A stretch of DNA of 61,534 nt from Azolla caroliniana. Taxonomy: Eukaryota; Plantae; Polypodiophyta. Where the stretch lies: the NCBI GenBank assembly GCA_043228905.1, contig JBHGNT010000171.1, forward strand, positions 1-61,534, written 5' to 3'. The position numbers and the translations under genes were made by a program. This document shows, in pieces, positions 1 to 12,827 of this stretch. The notes below the pieces were generated by a model. It did not search any database. It saw only the letters and a list, made by a program, of their open reading frames with translations, and was not told the origin of the DNA. Every line of letters starts with the position of its first letter. Within the stretch, counting starts at the first letter, position 1.

Positions 1-1
1 A

Positions 2-87
2 CGAAATATTAAGATCGTTCATCGTATGTATGGAGTAACTAATGCTCAACGAAGAAGAGGTCTTCTTCTAAAATTCTCACAAGTTCT
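2..87 (+). pseudogene. LINE ORF2 segment upstream of the gypsy-1 insertion
   Basis: Frame RNIKIVHRMYGVTNAQRRRGLLLKFSQVL continues in frame as SRCNALLIRAPLDEELL after removing 88-9926 (element plus one TSD copy). Confidence 0.7.
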
Positions 88-477
88 TGTTGGCCGGTCA
101 GAAGAGCAAGGACAAGTGGGAAGGCGGAGTCGAATCGGATAATAGGAAGTAAATAATAGTAGAATTATTATTCGGAGGGACGGATCCGGTACAGTTGTAC
201 CGATCCGGATCCGGACCGATTCGGATGTCGGTTGCCTAAGCGCACCGATTGTAACCTTGCCGGATGCCTATAAAAGGATCCGATGATTTGTAAAGGGTTT
301 GACAGAAGTAATACAATAGTAATTATTGCGTGTTTATCTGTATCTTCGTATTGTTTACCGTCTGTGCTTAATTGTAATCATCTTACGCGTGTAACCTAGC
401 ATCCAATCCTTACCACCCCTTTGGAGAAGTGTCGGATAGACACCTGTGTTGAGGCTAGTCCGGCCAGGCATACAACA
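88..477 (+). repeat. 5' LTR of gypsy-1
   Basis: Direct repeat of 9532-9921 with about 3 substitutions by eye. TG...CA ends, TATA-like CCTATAAAAG near 267. Confidence 0.97.
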
Positions 478-483
478 CTATTT

Positions 484-493
484 TGGCGACCAC
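484..493 (+). promoter_or_regulatory. Primer-binding site TGGCGACCAC (tRNA-Arg-like), 6 nt after the LTR
   Basis: Starts with TGG. The same 19-mer TGGCGACCACGATTCCTGC and the same 6-nt spacing occur at 40127 in gypsy-2. tRNA identity recalled, not searched. Confidence 0.8.
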
Positions 494-529
494 GATTCCT
501 GCAAAGTGCAGAGGACAACCGGAGGATGG

Positions 530-3500
530 ATGTCTAGACCAAACGACGACCACATCACCGAACGAGGGAGACGATACACCGAACGCGAGCAACGACGGGA
601 AGCCCTGCAGCAAGCCGTCGACGAGATCCGGTGGGATCGTTCATTCTCCAAAACTCTTCGGAGAGTCGCAGAAGAAGCACTGCAGTTCCGGGTTCTGCAA
701 ATCCCCGACGAAGGCAGTAGCATAACAAGCCTGCAAGAGGCGGAAACGATACTATAGACGCTCGCTGGGGGCGACGGGGACTCAGAAGCATTCGCAACAC
801 TTGAGGCGGAGTCGGAAAGCGACGGAAGCGTTGCGTCCCGGTATAAAAGCAGCCACGACACACCAAACGACCCGGGGGAAGAGGGGTCGGAAGACTCAGT
901 AACACCGGAGCCAGAGGAAGAAATAACCTTGGAGTTCGGTGACCGGCTATCGCCGAGGGAGGCTGACCGGATACCGACAACACCCGCGAAGGAACCGAAG
1001 GAGCGGATACCGACAACACCCGCGAAGGAACCGAAGGAGCGGATACCGACAACACCCGTGGAGGAACCAAAGGACCGGACACCGGCAACACCCGCGGAGG
1101 AACTGAAGGAGCGGATACCGGCACCAACCGCGGAGGAACCAAAGGTTCTCACACCGACGCCAACAACAGACAGAAAGCAGGAGAGTCAGTTGGACGACAC
1201 GATGCCGTACCCATACCCAAAGTACCGGGATGAGCCCGACGCGGAGGCACACGTGTACGCATTCCTCCAAACATGGGAAGCCAAACATGTCTCCCAAAGA
1301 CTGACGGAGCCCGAAGCCGAACGATCCAAAGTCGCCGAATTCGGCATAACCTTAGAATGGCCGGCGGCCCGATGGCACGCAAAGCATTTACCGGGCAGCT
1401 TTGCCACATTCGAGGCCTTGAAGGCCAGATTCCTCAGGCTTTTTCACAGACAAGTTGAGCAAAGGGAATTGGTTGGGCAGTTCTACACCACTCGACAGGA
1501 AGAGAACGAGACTGTGCCACAATTCATCATTCGGTTTCAGACCCTGCACAACCAACTGACAAGAGCACCACCCGAAGACGAAGCCAAAGCAATCTTTTTG
1601 GCCGCGCTGAAAGAGCCACTTCGAACAATGTGCGGAGTCCTTGATTTCCAAACCAGCACAATGGACCAAGTTATTGATCGGGTTTTAGAAATGGACAAGA
1701 CTAGCCCATTCTTGTCGATGGGGATGTTACATCGGGCACTCCCGAAGGAGGAAGACCTGAGGTTCCGACAGGCCTTACAATGCACAACATGCCTAAATTC
1801 GGGGCACTCAACAGTAGACTGCACCTTGCAGACACAATGTATGATCTGCAACTCTCGAGCCCATACAATGGACCGATGCGAATATAACCTATTAAATCGG
1901 CAGGCAGCACCGGTTTGACACATAGAACCGCGCAATCAGAACCCGGACGAGGATCGATTCCGGAGAGACGACCGCTACCAACACGAACGCGGTAACAGAT
2001 ACGCTGATAGAAGACGCGATAACTATGACCGAGAGGAGAGGCGCAGAGATAGCTACCCCCGGGACCGGTACGACCGAGACGAATCCCCGGAATACGAACG
2101 ACGCAGAGAAGAGAGGCGACAAGGGAACCGAAATTTCCGACGGAATCAGAAGCGTGGATTCTTCCGAAGAGAGGAACGTCAGGAGGCAGCGAGGAATGAC
2201 AACCCGGTATTGGTACCGGATAACTGAAAAACCGAAGACGACCGCCGAAGCATACCCACCCTCCAAACCGGGGACAAAGGAGAAACGAGCAACAGTCACA
2301 AGGTGTACTGTTATTACACTGCCGTAAGGAAGGCCACTATAGTAACCAATGCCCAAGCAAAGCCAATGACAAGCAGCCGGAAGTTAACATGGTTACAACC
2401 GAAATAACAGAAGTACAGCAGGTCACAACCCGGTCAAAGGGAAAGACCGCCGAGTGGGAAGCCCAGGAGGCAATTAGAAAACAAGCGGCGCAATGGATCA
2501 AGGAGGCCAATGAACAGAATGCGGCAGAAGTAAGAGACCAAAATATACCAAAAGACGAAGAAATCATACAGCCAGGAGAAAACCCGACGTGGCAAGCGCT
2601 TCAGGACTGTCAAATCGTGCTGCCATTAGCATGGCTACTACAGTTGGTGCCACGGTTTACGGCAGACTTACAGGCAGCCGTGAGCAAACCGAAGCCGACA
2701 CCAGCACCGACATTCTTCTCCAACCCGGAGGAAGGACCAGCGGTGGTCGATACAAGTAGCCCGGCGATCACGACAATCGTGAAAGGAAAGGAAATTGCTG
2801 GAACGATTATTGACGGAGGCTCCGGGGTAAATGTCATCAGCCGACAGACATGCGATAACCTGGGCATCCGGGGATGAGAACCATGCCCCTTCTGGTTACG
2901 CATGGCGGATACCAGCTCAGTCCGACCGACCGGACTTATCCGGGATTTGGAAGTAACGATCGGAGGCCACGTATTCCGGATATCGGCCGTGGTGCTGCAG
3001 CTGAATGTACAAGGCGCGTACCCCCTACTGCTAGACGACCATGGCTGTGAACGGCGCATATCAAGCAGAATTGGCAGAAGAACATGATCACATTCCGGCG
3101 AGGAAAAATAAAGGTACGAGTAACGACGCAACCACGGGTGATCACCAGTAAAGAAGCAACTCCATTGTATGCGGAAAGCATTAACATGTTGGAGGGATTA
3201 CCGGACGAGGAAGTCGAGCGGTACCTCGAGGAACACCCACAAATCGTCCCACTATTTGAGGTGGATATCACGGCGGCAGTAGAACCGTACATTACGACGC
3301 CGGATGAACCGGACCAAGCGGCGATCCGGGAACTGCGACAAGCGCAGGAATCCCTAGAGAGGGAAATGATGATATCCCAGAGGGTAAAAGCATCCCAACT
3401 AGAGGAGGTGGACCTCGGCACAGCAGACAAGCCCCGACCGGTAAATGTTGCAAAGGAATTGCCGAAGGAAGAAAAGAAGGCAATGGTAGCATTATTAACA

Positions 3501-6250
3501 GACTTCAAGGATGTGTTCGTGTGGTCGTACGAAGACATGCGAGGGCTGGACCCCCAGCTCTATCAGCACCAAATTCACCTAAGTATGGACGCGAAACCGA
3601 TCGCTCAACGAAGGTACCGGATGAATCCGAATTATGCGGCGAAGGTGAAGGAGGAAATTGATAAGCTCCTCCGGGTCGGATTTATCCGAGCGGTCAAGCA
3701 GGCAACCTGGCTGAGTCCGATAGTGGTGGTCCCGAAAAAGAACGGCAAAATCCGGGTATGCGTGGACTATCGCAAACTAAATGCCGCAACAGTGACCGAT
3801 GCATTTCCACTACCATTTACGGACGGGGTGTTAGATGCGGTAGCCGGCCACGAAGTTTACAGCTTCCTGGATGGATTTAGCGGCTACAACCAAATACGAA
3901 TGAACCCGGCCGACCAGGAGAAGACAACGTTCGTGACGGAATGGGGAGTGTTCGTCGCGGTCGTGATGATGTTCGAACTAAAGATGGCTCCAGTGACCTT
4001 TCAAAGGATAATAATGGAAATTTTCGGGGAATATATCCCCGGTTTTATGCAGGTCTTCCTTGATGATTTCGCGGTCTACAGCCGGCACGGAGAGCATCTC
4101 GATCACCTCCGGCTGTGCTTGGAGAAGTGCCGCGAGTACCGATTGAGCCTGAACCCGGCCAAGTGCGCCTTTGGAGTGGCAAGCGGCAACTTACTAGGGC
4201 ACGTGGTGAGTAAGGAAGGAATCGCGGTAGATCCGGATAAAGTCAAGGCGATTCTCGAGGCACCAACACCAAATAACGCAAAGGCTTTAAGCCGGTTCCT
4301 GGGCCAAATAAGGTGGCATAGCCGGATGATACGGCACCTCGCAGACTTCGCTACACCATTACATACCGCCGTACACAGGGTACCCTTCCTACGGGCGGAG
4401 ACGGAGGAGGAAGCCTACCAAGCATTGAAGGTTATGCTGTCGCAAGCTCCGGTGCTGCAACCGCCGGATTGAAGTAAAAGCTTTCATATCTTCGTCGACG
4501 CGTCGGACGTAGCAATCGGCAACGTTCTGATGCAACTCACGGAGCCGAAATGGTACCGACCGGTGTACTACGCAAGCCGGAAACTCTCAAAAGCAGAACG
4601 GAATTACTCTACGACAGAACGCGAGGCATTGGGAATGGTGTATAGTGTCACAAAGTACAGGCACTATCTGCTCGGAAGGAAGTTTTCCTTCCATGTCGAC
4701 CATTCGGCACTACTCTACCTGGTCTCGAAGGCATCCCTGACGGGAAAAATTGCACGATGGACACTGCTGTTACAGGAATTTGAATTCGACATTTTCCACC
4801 GACCTGGGGCGCAGCATGCGGTAGCGGACTACCTAAGCAGACTCGAATCCGGAGAAGCAGGGGACGGCGTCCAGGATGAGTTCCCCGACGCCGAGTTGTT
4901 CCGGATCACGACGAAACCGGCAACGGATGCAACGGTAGCCGATGAAGACACGTGGCTAACTGAGATGCATCAGTTCCTGAGCACCGGAGTTCCCCCGGAG
5001 AACATGGACCGCGATGAAAGGAAAAGGGTAGCAGTAAGAAGCAGACATTTCTGCTTGGTTGGAGACACCCTCTATCACAAGGGGGCAGATGACATCTGGA
5101 GACGAGTAGTGCGGAGCGATGAGAAGGATTTAATCCTCAGGGAAGCCCACTGTGGAATTGCCGGCGGGCATTATGCTGGCGACGCAACCGCTCGGAAAAT
5201 ATGGCAGAGCGGACTGTGGTGGGCCACCACCCTAAAAGATGCCGTGAAGTATAGCAGAGAATGCGATTTGTGTCAACGACTGGGCCAACCCACAGAGCAG
5301 GCCCGGATGCCACACCACCCGGTCTTGCCTTTGGAACCATTTCAAAAGTGGGGGTTGGATTTTGTCGGTCCCTTCAAGCCACCAGCAATGCGAACCGGAA
5401 ATCGGTATGTCATAGTGGCAACCGACTATTGCACCAAATGGGTAGAAGCAAAGGCCTTATGGGACAACACGACGTACAAAACTAGCATTCGGACAACCCC
5501 GTTCCGACTAGCATTCGGTTTAGAAGCGGTCATGCCGGTAGAGTTCCAGATCCCCAGCTTACGGATCCAGGTAAAGGAGCGCTTAAGTGAGAAGGAGTCT
5601 GAACGAATCCGGCTGGCGACGTTGGATTAGAAGAAAACTGAATAGCCAGTTTACTACAACTCGAACTGGAGCAAAGGAGGAGAAAAGCTTTCGTGGACCG
5701 ACACCGACGTGGCAACGAAAAGGAGTTCGAAGTCGGGAAACCGGTGCTACTATTCCAGACACGGATGGGGAACATGCCGGGAAAGTTGCGGTTTCGGTGG
5801 ACCGGATCGTTCTGGATCACCAAAGAGTACAATGGGTCGTATCAGCTCGGCACGTTGTCTGGAGATGTCATCGGTAAATGGGCAAATGGGTTTCGGCTAA
5901 AGCCGTATAAGGGGAATATGCCAGCCAACCCGTTCAAGCAAAACCCGGAAATCCGGCAAGATGAGGAACCGACACCGACAGACGCTGCTGAAGATGTTTG
6001 GACCGAGGAAGAACCGACACTGATACTGACAAAGACTATCCCGGAAAACCGACAGAAGGATCCGGTATCCACACGAACCGACCCGAACAAATCGGGGGGG
6101 GACCAGCAAATGACGTGGTCCAAAGAAAGAAAGAAAAAAAAAAGAAAAGAAAAAAAAGACGTGGGCAAAATCGACGCGAATCATAGTAGTGATGGGGAGA
6201 TCACAAGAGGTGGGAGCGCCACCATGCAACGAAGAGACGCCATGCATTAA
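530..6250 (+). pseudogene. gag-pol of gypsy-1 (stops, frameshifts, integrase-core deletion)
   Basis: Fragments 929-1918 (gag, CCHC x2), 2389-2877 (protease IIDGGSG), 3084-4472 (RT, FLDD), 4530-5630 (RH, INT HHCC, LDFVG), 5693-6250 (INT C-term). Confidence 0.95.
968..1147 (+). repeat. 36-bp in-frame tandem repeat in gag (RIPTTPAKEPKE, about 5 copies)
   Basis: Unit CGGATACCGACAACACCCGCGAAGGAACCGAAGGAG; later copies diverge. Confidence 0.9.
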
Positions 6251-6532
6251 AGAAGGACGTGCGCGTACTTACTATTTAAAGCATGGAACGTGGGCACTCA
6301 CACGTGGCAAACAAGAAAGGACATACTAATTATGGCGGGAGAGGAACATGCGCGGGAAACGAAAAAGGGCGGCTCGAGGCAAAAGCCACTATATAAGACA
6401 CAGGCCTGCGAAGGACTCACTTTTTACGAATTTTCCTACATACAGGCGCAGAAGCACAGAAGAGCGATCCGACGCACAACGCACAGACAGCCCGATCCCG
6501 AACAACAGACAGCAGAAGAAGAATTCGAAACA

Positions 6533-9481
6533 ATGGTACTGTCGGAGGAGGCACGCCAATGGATGAGGGAGAACGGGTTAAAAGGATTGTTGCGGATCGC
6601 CGACGCTCCACCACACGCAGAACCAGAGTAGGCGGCAACATCTATTGATTTATCAAAAATCACGGAAGGAGCGGTGCAGGCGCTCATAGGGATAAAATCA
6701 GGAGGGCTTCAAACAATCGAAAACCCTTCAAGTGAAATCCTGTTCGAATATTTCGGTGAGTATTCTATCAGCAGCAAGGCGTACCGAACACAGGGCGGAG
6801 AGAACCTGCTGTTCGGAGAAGTGGCCCACGCCATGATGGAATACGGATTCGTGAATCCTCGTCCCCCGACCATAGCCAGGTACTGGGCAATGTTCTTAAT
6901 AGCAGCATACGAAGGATTACAAGTAGACTGGCTCCATTTCATAACCGAAGGATTGAAGGAGGCCATCAAGAATCTTGTGGAAGGAAAAAAGCCATGGGCC
7001 GGGATAGCACAATGGCTAATAGTGTTAGTCCCACCGGTGCTCCCCATCACACAAAAGAAAAGAGGTCGGCAGGAGACGACGCCGAAAAAGGTCACAAAGC
7101 GCCGACAAATCTTGGAGAAACACACCCCCGGATGGACCCAACAAGAAGCAGAACAACGGGGGGAAGGACCATCCCGACAGCAACAGGAACCGGCATCAAA
7201 GGCAAAATTGGCAGGAAAAGGCAAAGGGAAATCAACCGAGGAGGAACCGGTAGCGCGCAAACCAATCAGTATAACGCTGCGACAGCCGGAACCGGAACTA
7301 GAGGTCTTTATACAAAAGGTCCGTCTGGTAGCCGCACCGGAGGAGGAAGCTGAAACAGAAGACTCATCCGAACCACTCGTAAGACTCCCAGCAAGACAAG
7401 GTCGGGAGAGACGAGCGAAAGGACCGGCTCCACCAGTTGACAAAACTCAGCAGAGGGCGCAAGGACCACCTCCAGTAGCCGAGGCGGAAGCAGTACCGGA
7501 ACCCGTACCGAGGGAAGCAGCACCGACACCAGTTGTGCCGGACTTCAGAGAACCGGTCATCCCAGAGAAGAAGAATGAACAAGCGCCGGAGCCAGAGAAA
7601 AGACCGGAAAAACAGCCTGAGTTAAGGAGTAGAAGTGAGCAAGACCACCCCGACACAAGAAGAACAAAGCCACAATGGCTGAGATGGCTTTCGGAGCAGT
7701 TATCGGGAGTAGCGGACCAGTTAGAGGAAGAAGAAACGTGTAGGCAACAGCTGACGCATACAACAACTCAGGAGTTGGTCGCGCTCCGAACACAGATCGA
7801 GGAAATACAAGGGGAGTTGTTGCAGGCAAGGGAAGGAATTCAACAAGCACAAGTTGTCATCGAGCCGATCGGGACAACAAGGAAGCAACCAGAACCGGAA
7901 CCGGAACCGGTAGCCTTGCAAACCGGCCCTGAGACCGAAAAAATAATAGAAACCTTACGAGAGGAGTTAAAAGCTCAAGAGGCATTAAGGGAAAGAGAAA
8001 GGGAGCAGCGGAAAGCGGTGGAGGACGACAGACGAAAAATGGAAGAAGGCCTCCGGAAAGGTCGAGCCACTAATGACTGACTGCAAGAAGAAAAAGAGAA
8101 GCTGCAAAAGGAGAAGGACCGACTGCGTCGACATGCCGAGCAGGAGATAGAACGACTGCAGGAAGAACTCCGACAAGAGAAGGACCGGGACGATCAGTTA
8201 AGAGCTCAGACAAACCGACGCCTGAAGCAGAAGACGGAGGACTTCGACCGTCTCTACCGAGATCACAAGCAGGCCGAGTCGGACAACAAGAAACGGGCAG
8301 CAGACTACGACCGGCAAATAGAGAAGCTGAAAGAACAGCTCAAAGAAACCCCATTAGACCTGGCTAAGGCAATGGATGAGGTCAGTGCCAACAAGGAAGC
8401 ATTGTCGGCAGAAATAGCCCAAACGACGGAGAGAAGGAAGGAATTAGAGGCGCTAAGGCGGGAAAAGCTGGATCTGACCAAGATCAGGAATGAAGAAAAG
8501 GAAAAATCGACCTTCAAGATCAGCAAACTGCAAAGTACCTATGAAAAGCAGAAAGCGGATTACGAGGCCCAGGCTCAGATAATGGCCGACATTATAAAAC
8601 GGGCAAGGAAGGAAAAGCAAGAAGCTTATGCGCATGCTAAGGCGGGGGTTGACCGAATCAAGCTCATCATGTCAGGATGGAGTACCCGAGCTCAGGCGAG
8701 CATCAACGAAAGTACGGAAAAGCTATGGAAGGAGTGGTCACAACAGGCAGCCGAGCTGCAGACACTCCGAGCGGATGCCGAGAATCGGAGGAAGACCGGT
8801 GACAAGTTCTACAAGATGGATGAAGAAAGTATCGTCGCCATTCGGGAAGAATTGTCGGAGGATTTCTACGCTTTAGCGGAAGAACATCTCAAAGAAATCC
8901 GATGGTTGGTAGAGAGGTTGGATGACGGGCAACTCGCAACTCAGTTGGAGTTGGAGAGATACAAGCAAGACCGGTTACGACAGGAAGCTAAGGGAAGAAC
9001 GACGCCAATCACTATAAGTGAGGGAGAGCGACCGGCTGAAGTTGAACCAACCGACACCGAACAACCCCGACGAGGAATACCCGAAGAAGAACTTCCGTTC
9101 GAAGGAGAAGAAGAAGAGCAGGAGCAGACCGATGCCGGAGAAGAAGAAGAGCAGGAGCAGACCGATGCCGGAGAAGAAGAAGAGCTGAGACCGGAAGACA
9201 CCAGAGCAGAGGAAGGAGGCGTATCGAGCCAACCAGTCGAGACCGGAGAAAGCGACACTGGTAACAGAACAGCGCCTGGAACAGAGGGAGAACAGGAAGA
9301 ACCCGGACGAAGCGGTGAGGAAGCACCGGCACCACAGAATCAAGCAGAGCCGGAGCAACAAATTTTTATGGAACAGCCAACCCAACCGGAGGTCGGAGAC
9401 CAGGCAGGCAAGGAACAGGAGGAAGAAGCACCACTTGACACCATCGAGCAGAGTGTGCTCGATATTTTGGAGGAAGAATGA
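6533..9481 (+). pseudogene. Extra sense ORF after pol (about 980 codons, two in-frame stops): globular N-terminus, low-complexity linker, long coiled coil, acidic tail
   Basis: Segments from 6533, 6674-8080 and 8081-9481 share one frame. Homologous to 46325-48958. Confidence 0.85.
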
Positions 9482-9489
9482 GGCCGGGA

Positions 9490-9531
9490 GCGGATTCGAA
9501 GTGCAAGGCACTTTCCCACGGGCGTGCCATG
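9490..9531 (-). promoter_or_regulatory. Inverted PBS-like site (tRNA 3'-end copy) at the PPT position of gypsy-1
   Basis: Plus strand GCGGATTCGA-AGTGCAAGGCACT-TTCCCACGGGCGTGCCA-TG then LTR; no purine tract. Confidence 0.75.
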
Positions 9532-9921
9532 TGTTGGCCGGTCAGAAGAGCAAGGACAAGTGGGAAGGCGGAGTCGGATCGGATAATAGGAAGTAAATAA
9601 TAGTAGAATTATTATTCGGAGGGACGGATCCGGTACAGTTGTACCGATCCGGATCCGGACCGATTCGGATGTCGGTTGCCTAAGCGCACCGATTGTAACC
9701 TTGCCGGATGCCTATAAAAGGATCCGATGATTTGTAATGGGTTTGACGGAAGTAATACAATAGTAATTATTGCGTGTTTATCTGTATCTTCGTATTGTTT
9801 ACCGTCTGTGCTTAATTGTAATCATCTTACGCGTGTAACCTAGCATCCAATCCTTACCACCCCTTTGGAGAAGTGTCGGATAGACACCTGTGTTGAGGCT
9901 AGTCCGGCCAGGCATACAACA
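9532..9921 (+). repeat. 3' LTR of gypsy-1
   Basis: Copy of 88-477, followed by TSD GTTCT. Confidence 0.97.
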
Positions 9922-9926
9922 GTTCT

Positions 9927-12764
9927 CTCTAGGTGTAATGCATTATTGATACGTGCACCGTTAGATGAGGAGCTTTTGGATATCCAAAGTCAATTGCATG
10001 TTATTATTTCTCAGTTGCAATGCCAAAGTTATCAGTATGCGAAGATGCGACAATTGAGGGATGGGCTCATAGATAATCAATGTCAATCCCATTTGTTTTT
10101 CCAAGTGTTACATCCTACTTATACTTGATCTAATGTGGTACATGTGAAGCAAGGTGATGAATGGATAGTGGATCCTACTAAAATAATTGACATATGTGTT
10201 CATTACTTTAAGGAGTTGATTGGCCCATAATTGTTAATGAAAAATGAGGTGAGTAGAGCACGTCATGAGTTTTATGATGTGGTTGGATGTATTGTGCATG
10301 ACCTCATTAGTCATGAATTGGATGCGGATTTCACTGAGGATGAGGTGGACACAATTTTAAGGCATCTTCCTAGTGGTAAGAGCCCTGGTTGGGATGGCTT
10401 GACAAATGAAGTTTTTATGCGATATTCATACATTTTAAAGGGGCCCTTAACTTTGATGTTTCAACATTCTTGGGATTCTGGTCGTATGCCTCAAGCTTGG
10501 AAGGTTGGTCTAATTAAATTAGTTCCAAAGGTGGCATCTCCAGAGTCATTTCATCAATGGAGACCTATTTCTTTGATGGGGGGGTTGTATAAGATATTTA
10601 CAAAGGTCTTGGCAAATAGATTACAAAAGTATTTGCCAAAGTTGATACATCCCGCCCAATATGGTTTTATTGCAAGTAGGAATATATTGCATAATGTGTT
10701 GAATGTTCAAATGGCCATGGATTATGCTTGAAACACTCATCAAGAATTGATTATGGTGCAATTAGATTTGGAGAAAGCTTAGGATCATGTTAATTGTTCC
10801 TTTGTTTCTGGGTTAATGCATACAATGGGCTTTGGACCTCATATGTCTCGCCTCATATTTTTATTAGACAATATGTGATGTCTCGAGTCATGCTTAATGG
10901 AGGAGTTACATCAGATATCGCCCTTACAAGATCCGTTCGTCAAGGATGCCCTATTAGCCCGTTGTTGTTTGCTATTGTTACTCATCCCTTATTAGTGATG
11001 CTATCAAGGCTTGCAACAAATGGTGATATTGTGGGTCTATACCTTCCGTCTGGAGGGCAACTAGTTGCACAAGCTTTGGCTGATGATTCTTTCATGTTTC
11101 TACAAGCCTCACGAGAGAATCTTGAGAAGGGGATGCTTGTATGGAACCAATTTTCATTGGCTTCCGGATTACATATTAATTGGTGGAAGTCTAGTCTCAT
11201 ATCATGTATTGAAAGGGATTTGGAATGTTTAGGATGGCAAGGATCTGTGGTGAAGAAAGGCTCTATTTTTCGACACTTGGGCTATCCATTAGGAATGAAT
11301 GTTACAAATGGTCAATTGATTGAATGGATGTCTAGTAAGTTGAGGGATAAGTTCATGTATTGGAAATCACAATCTTGGCCATTTCATGTATGTTTGAAGG
11401 TTGTACAATGTATTATGGAACCTATGATATTATATTACTTGCCATTGTTGCCATGGACAAAGAAGGCTTTGCATTCTATTTTGCAACCTCTTCGATATTT
11501 GTTGTGGAAGAAAAGGGATAAGATGGGAATCACTTGGGTTGCATGGAATCATCTAGCAACTCCTAAGCGCTTGGGGGGAGCTGGAGTATTGAACTTATCT
11601 AAGCATATGATGGCTCGTAGATTTTCATTATTACAAGACATGTGTTCAAACTCACAACCATGGATATCTATTGTTCAATATTTCATTGCGAACAAGGATT
11701 TAACACATGGGAGGACAACAATTAAGGCTTCATGGTGGCAATTACTAAATGGATGTATTTCACTTAGGATTCCGAGCTCTACATGTGTTCAACACTTGGT
11801 TACCTTATGGCAAGAAGCACTCTTGTTATGTGTATGGAAACCATCATCTAGTAGAGAGCATTGTAATTCTTTGCAAAAAGAGTTACTTGTGTCTTCTCGG
11901 TTATTATGTTGGCCAGGAAAGGAGAGATTACGCTCTCAATTTAATCGTTTGTTTCGTTTGGGGGTCAAAGAGGTGGGAGATATACTTGAGTCTCCATCTC
12001 AAAGAATTTTGGAGTTTGTTGAAGCACGACAATTATTACGCATTCCGCCTAATTATGGGTTTATTTGGCAACAACTACGAAATATTCCATTCATGCAAGG
12101 TCCCTTACCTCTACAAACAGGAGAACAACCGTGGATTGATTGGTGTTTAAAGGGTACAAACATCGTTGTTACAAGTGACTACTAGTCTTTTGTATCATTG
12201 CTCTGTTGAGTCTCTTGGATGGTTATCATCTAAGGCTGAAGAAGGATGGAGATTACACAAATCTGATCATGGGTGGTGGCAAATCTTACAACGTAGTCGG
12301 CATTCTAAATTGTCACTTGTAGCAAAGGTCTTCATTTGGAGAGTTTTGATTGGAGGATTGCCTTTGGGATTAGCTCTAAAGCATCATGGACTAGCAATGG
12401 GTAATTTCTTTTTTTGCATTGTTCAAATGGAAGATAGTACTCATCGATTTATACAATGCCCGATTGCTTCTCAGATTTGGAGTTACATTTCTCAAATTTG
12501 GCAAGTTTTATCACGGTGTTATTTGACACTTGACAGTGGGTGTTTGCACAATTTACACAGGTGGACCCAAAGTTAGAGATGGAGATTGTTTTTCTATTTT
12601 TGAGATATTGGGGATTGCGTCATAATTGGAATATGTGCAACACTTTTGTATTCGATGGTAGACATGGAGTGAAAGCATATCTACAAAAGTTGAAGGGAGT
12701 ACTAATGTGGCAATTTTCTTTATTGAACAAGTGGAAATCCTTTCCTCGGTGGAATACACACATT
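9927..12764 (+). mobile_element. L1-type LINE ORF2 (reverse transcriptase and C-terminal zinc finger), degenerate
   Basis: KSPGWDGL, WRPISL, YKIFTKVLANRL, QYGF, RQGCPISPLLF, ADD, and a zf-RVT-like FFC...EDSTHRFIQC motif. Cut on the right by a copia LTR. Confidence 0.92.
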
Positions 12765-12788
12765 TATTAATATAATTGTGTGTTTTCA

Positions 12789-12827
<39 letters not shown>

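Larger units (their letters stand above)
88..9921 (+). mobile_element. Full-length Ty3/gypsy LTR retrotransposon (gypsy-1), non-chromovirus type, with extra 3' ORF; decayed
   Basis: 390-bp LTRs TGTTGG...CAACA at 88-477 and 9532-9921. 5-bp TSD GTTCT (83-87, 9922-9926). Domain order gag-PR-RT-RH-INT. Confidence 0.97.

Noticed and set aside
478-1152. Antisense ORFs over the gag repeats and many other short antisense ORFs
   Set aside because: Shadows of repetitive or GC-rich coding sequence on the opposite strand.
12791-12825. (GA)n as the 3' tail of the LINE
   Set aside because: The tract belongs to the copia LTR; the homologous LTR at 50418-50700 has the same (TC)n.
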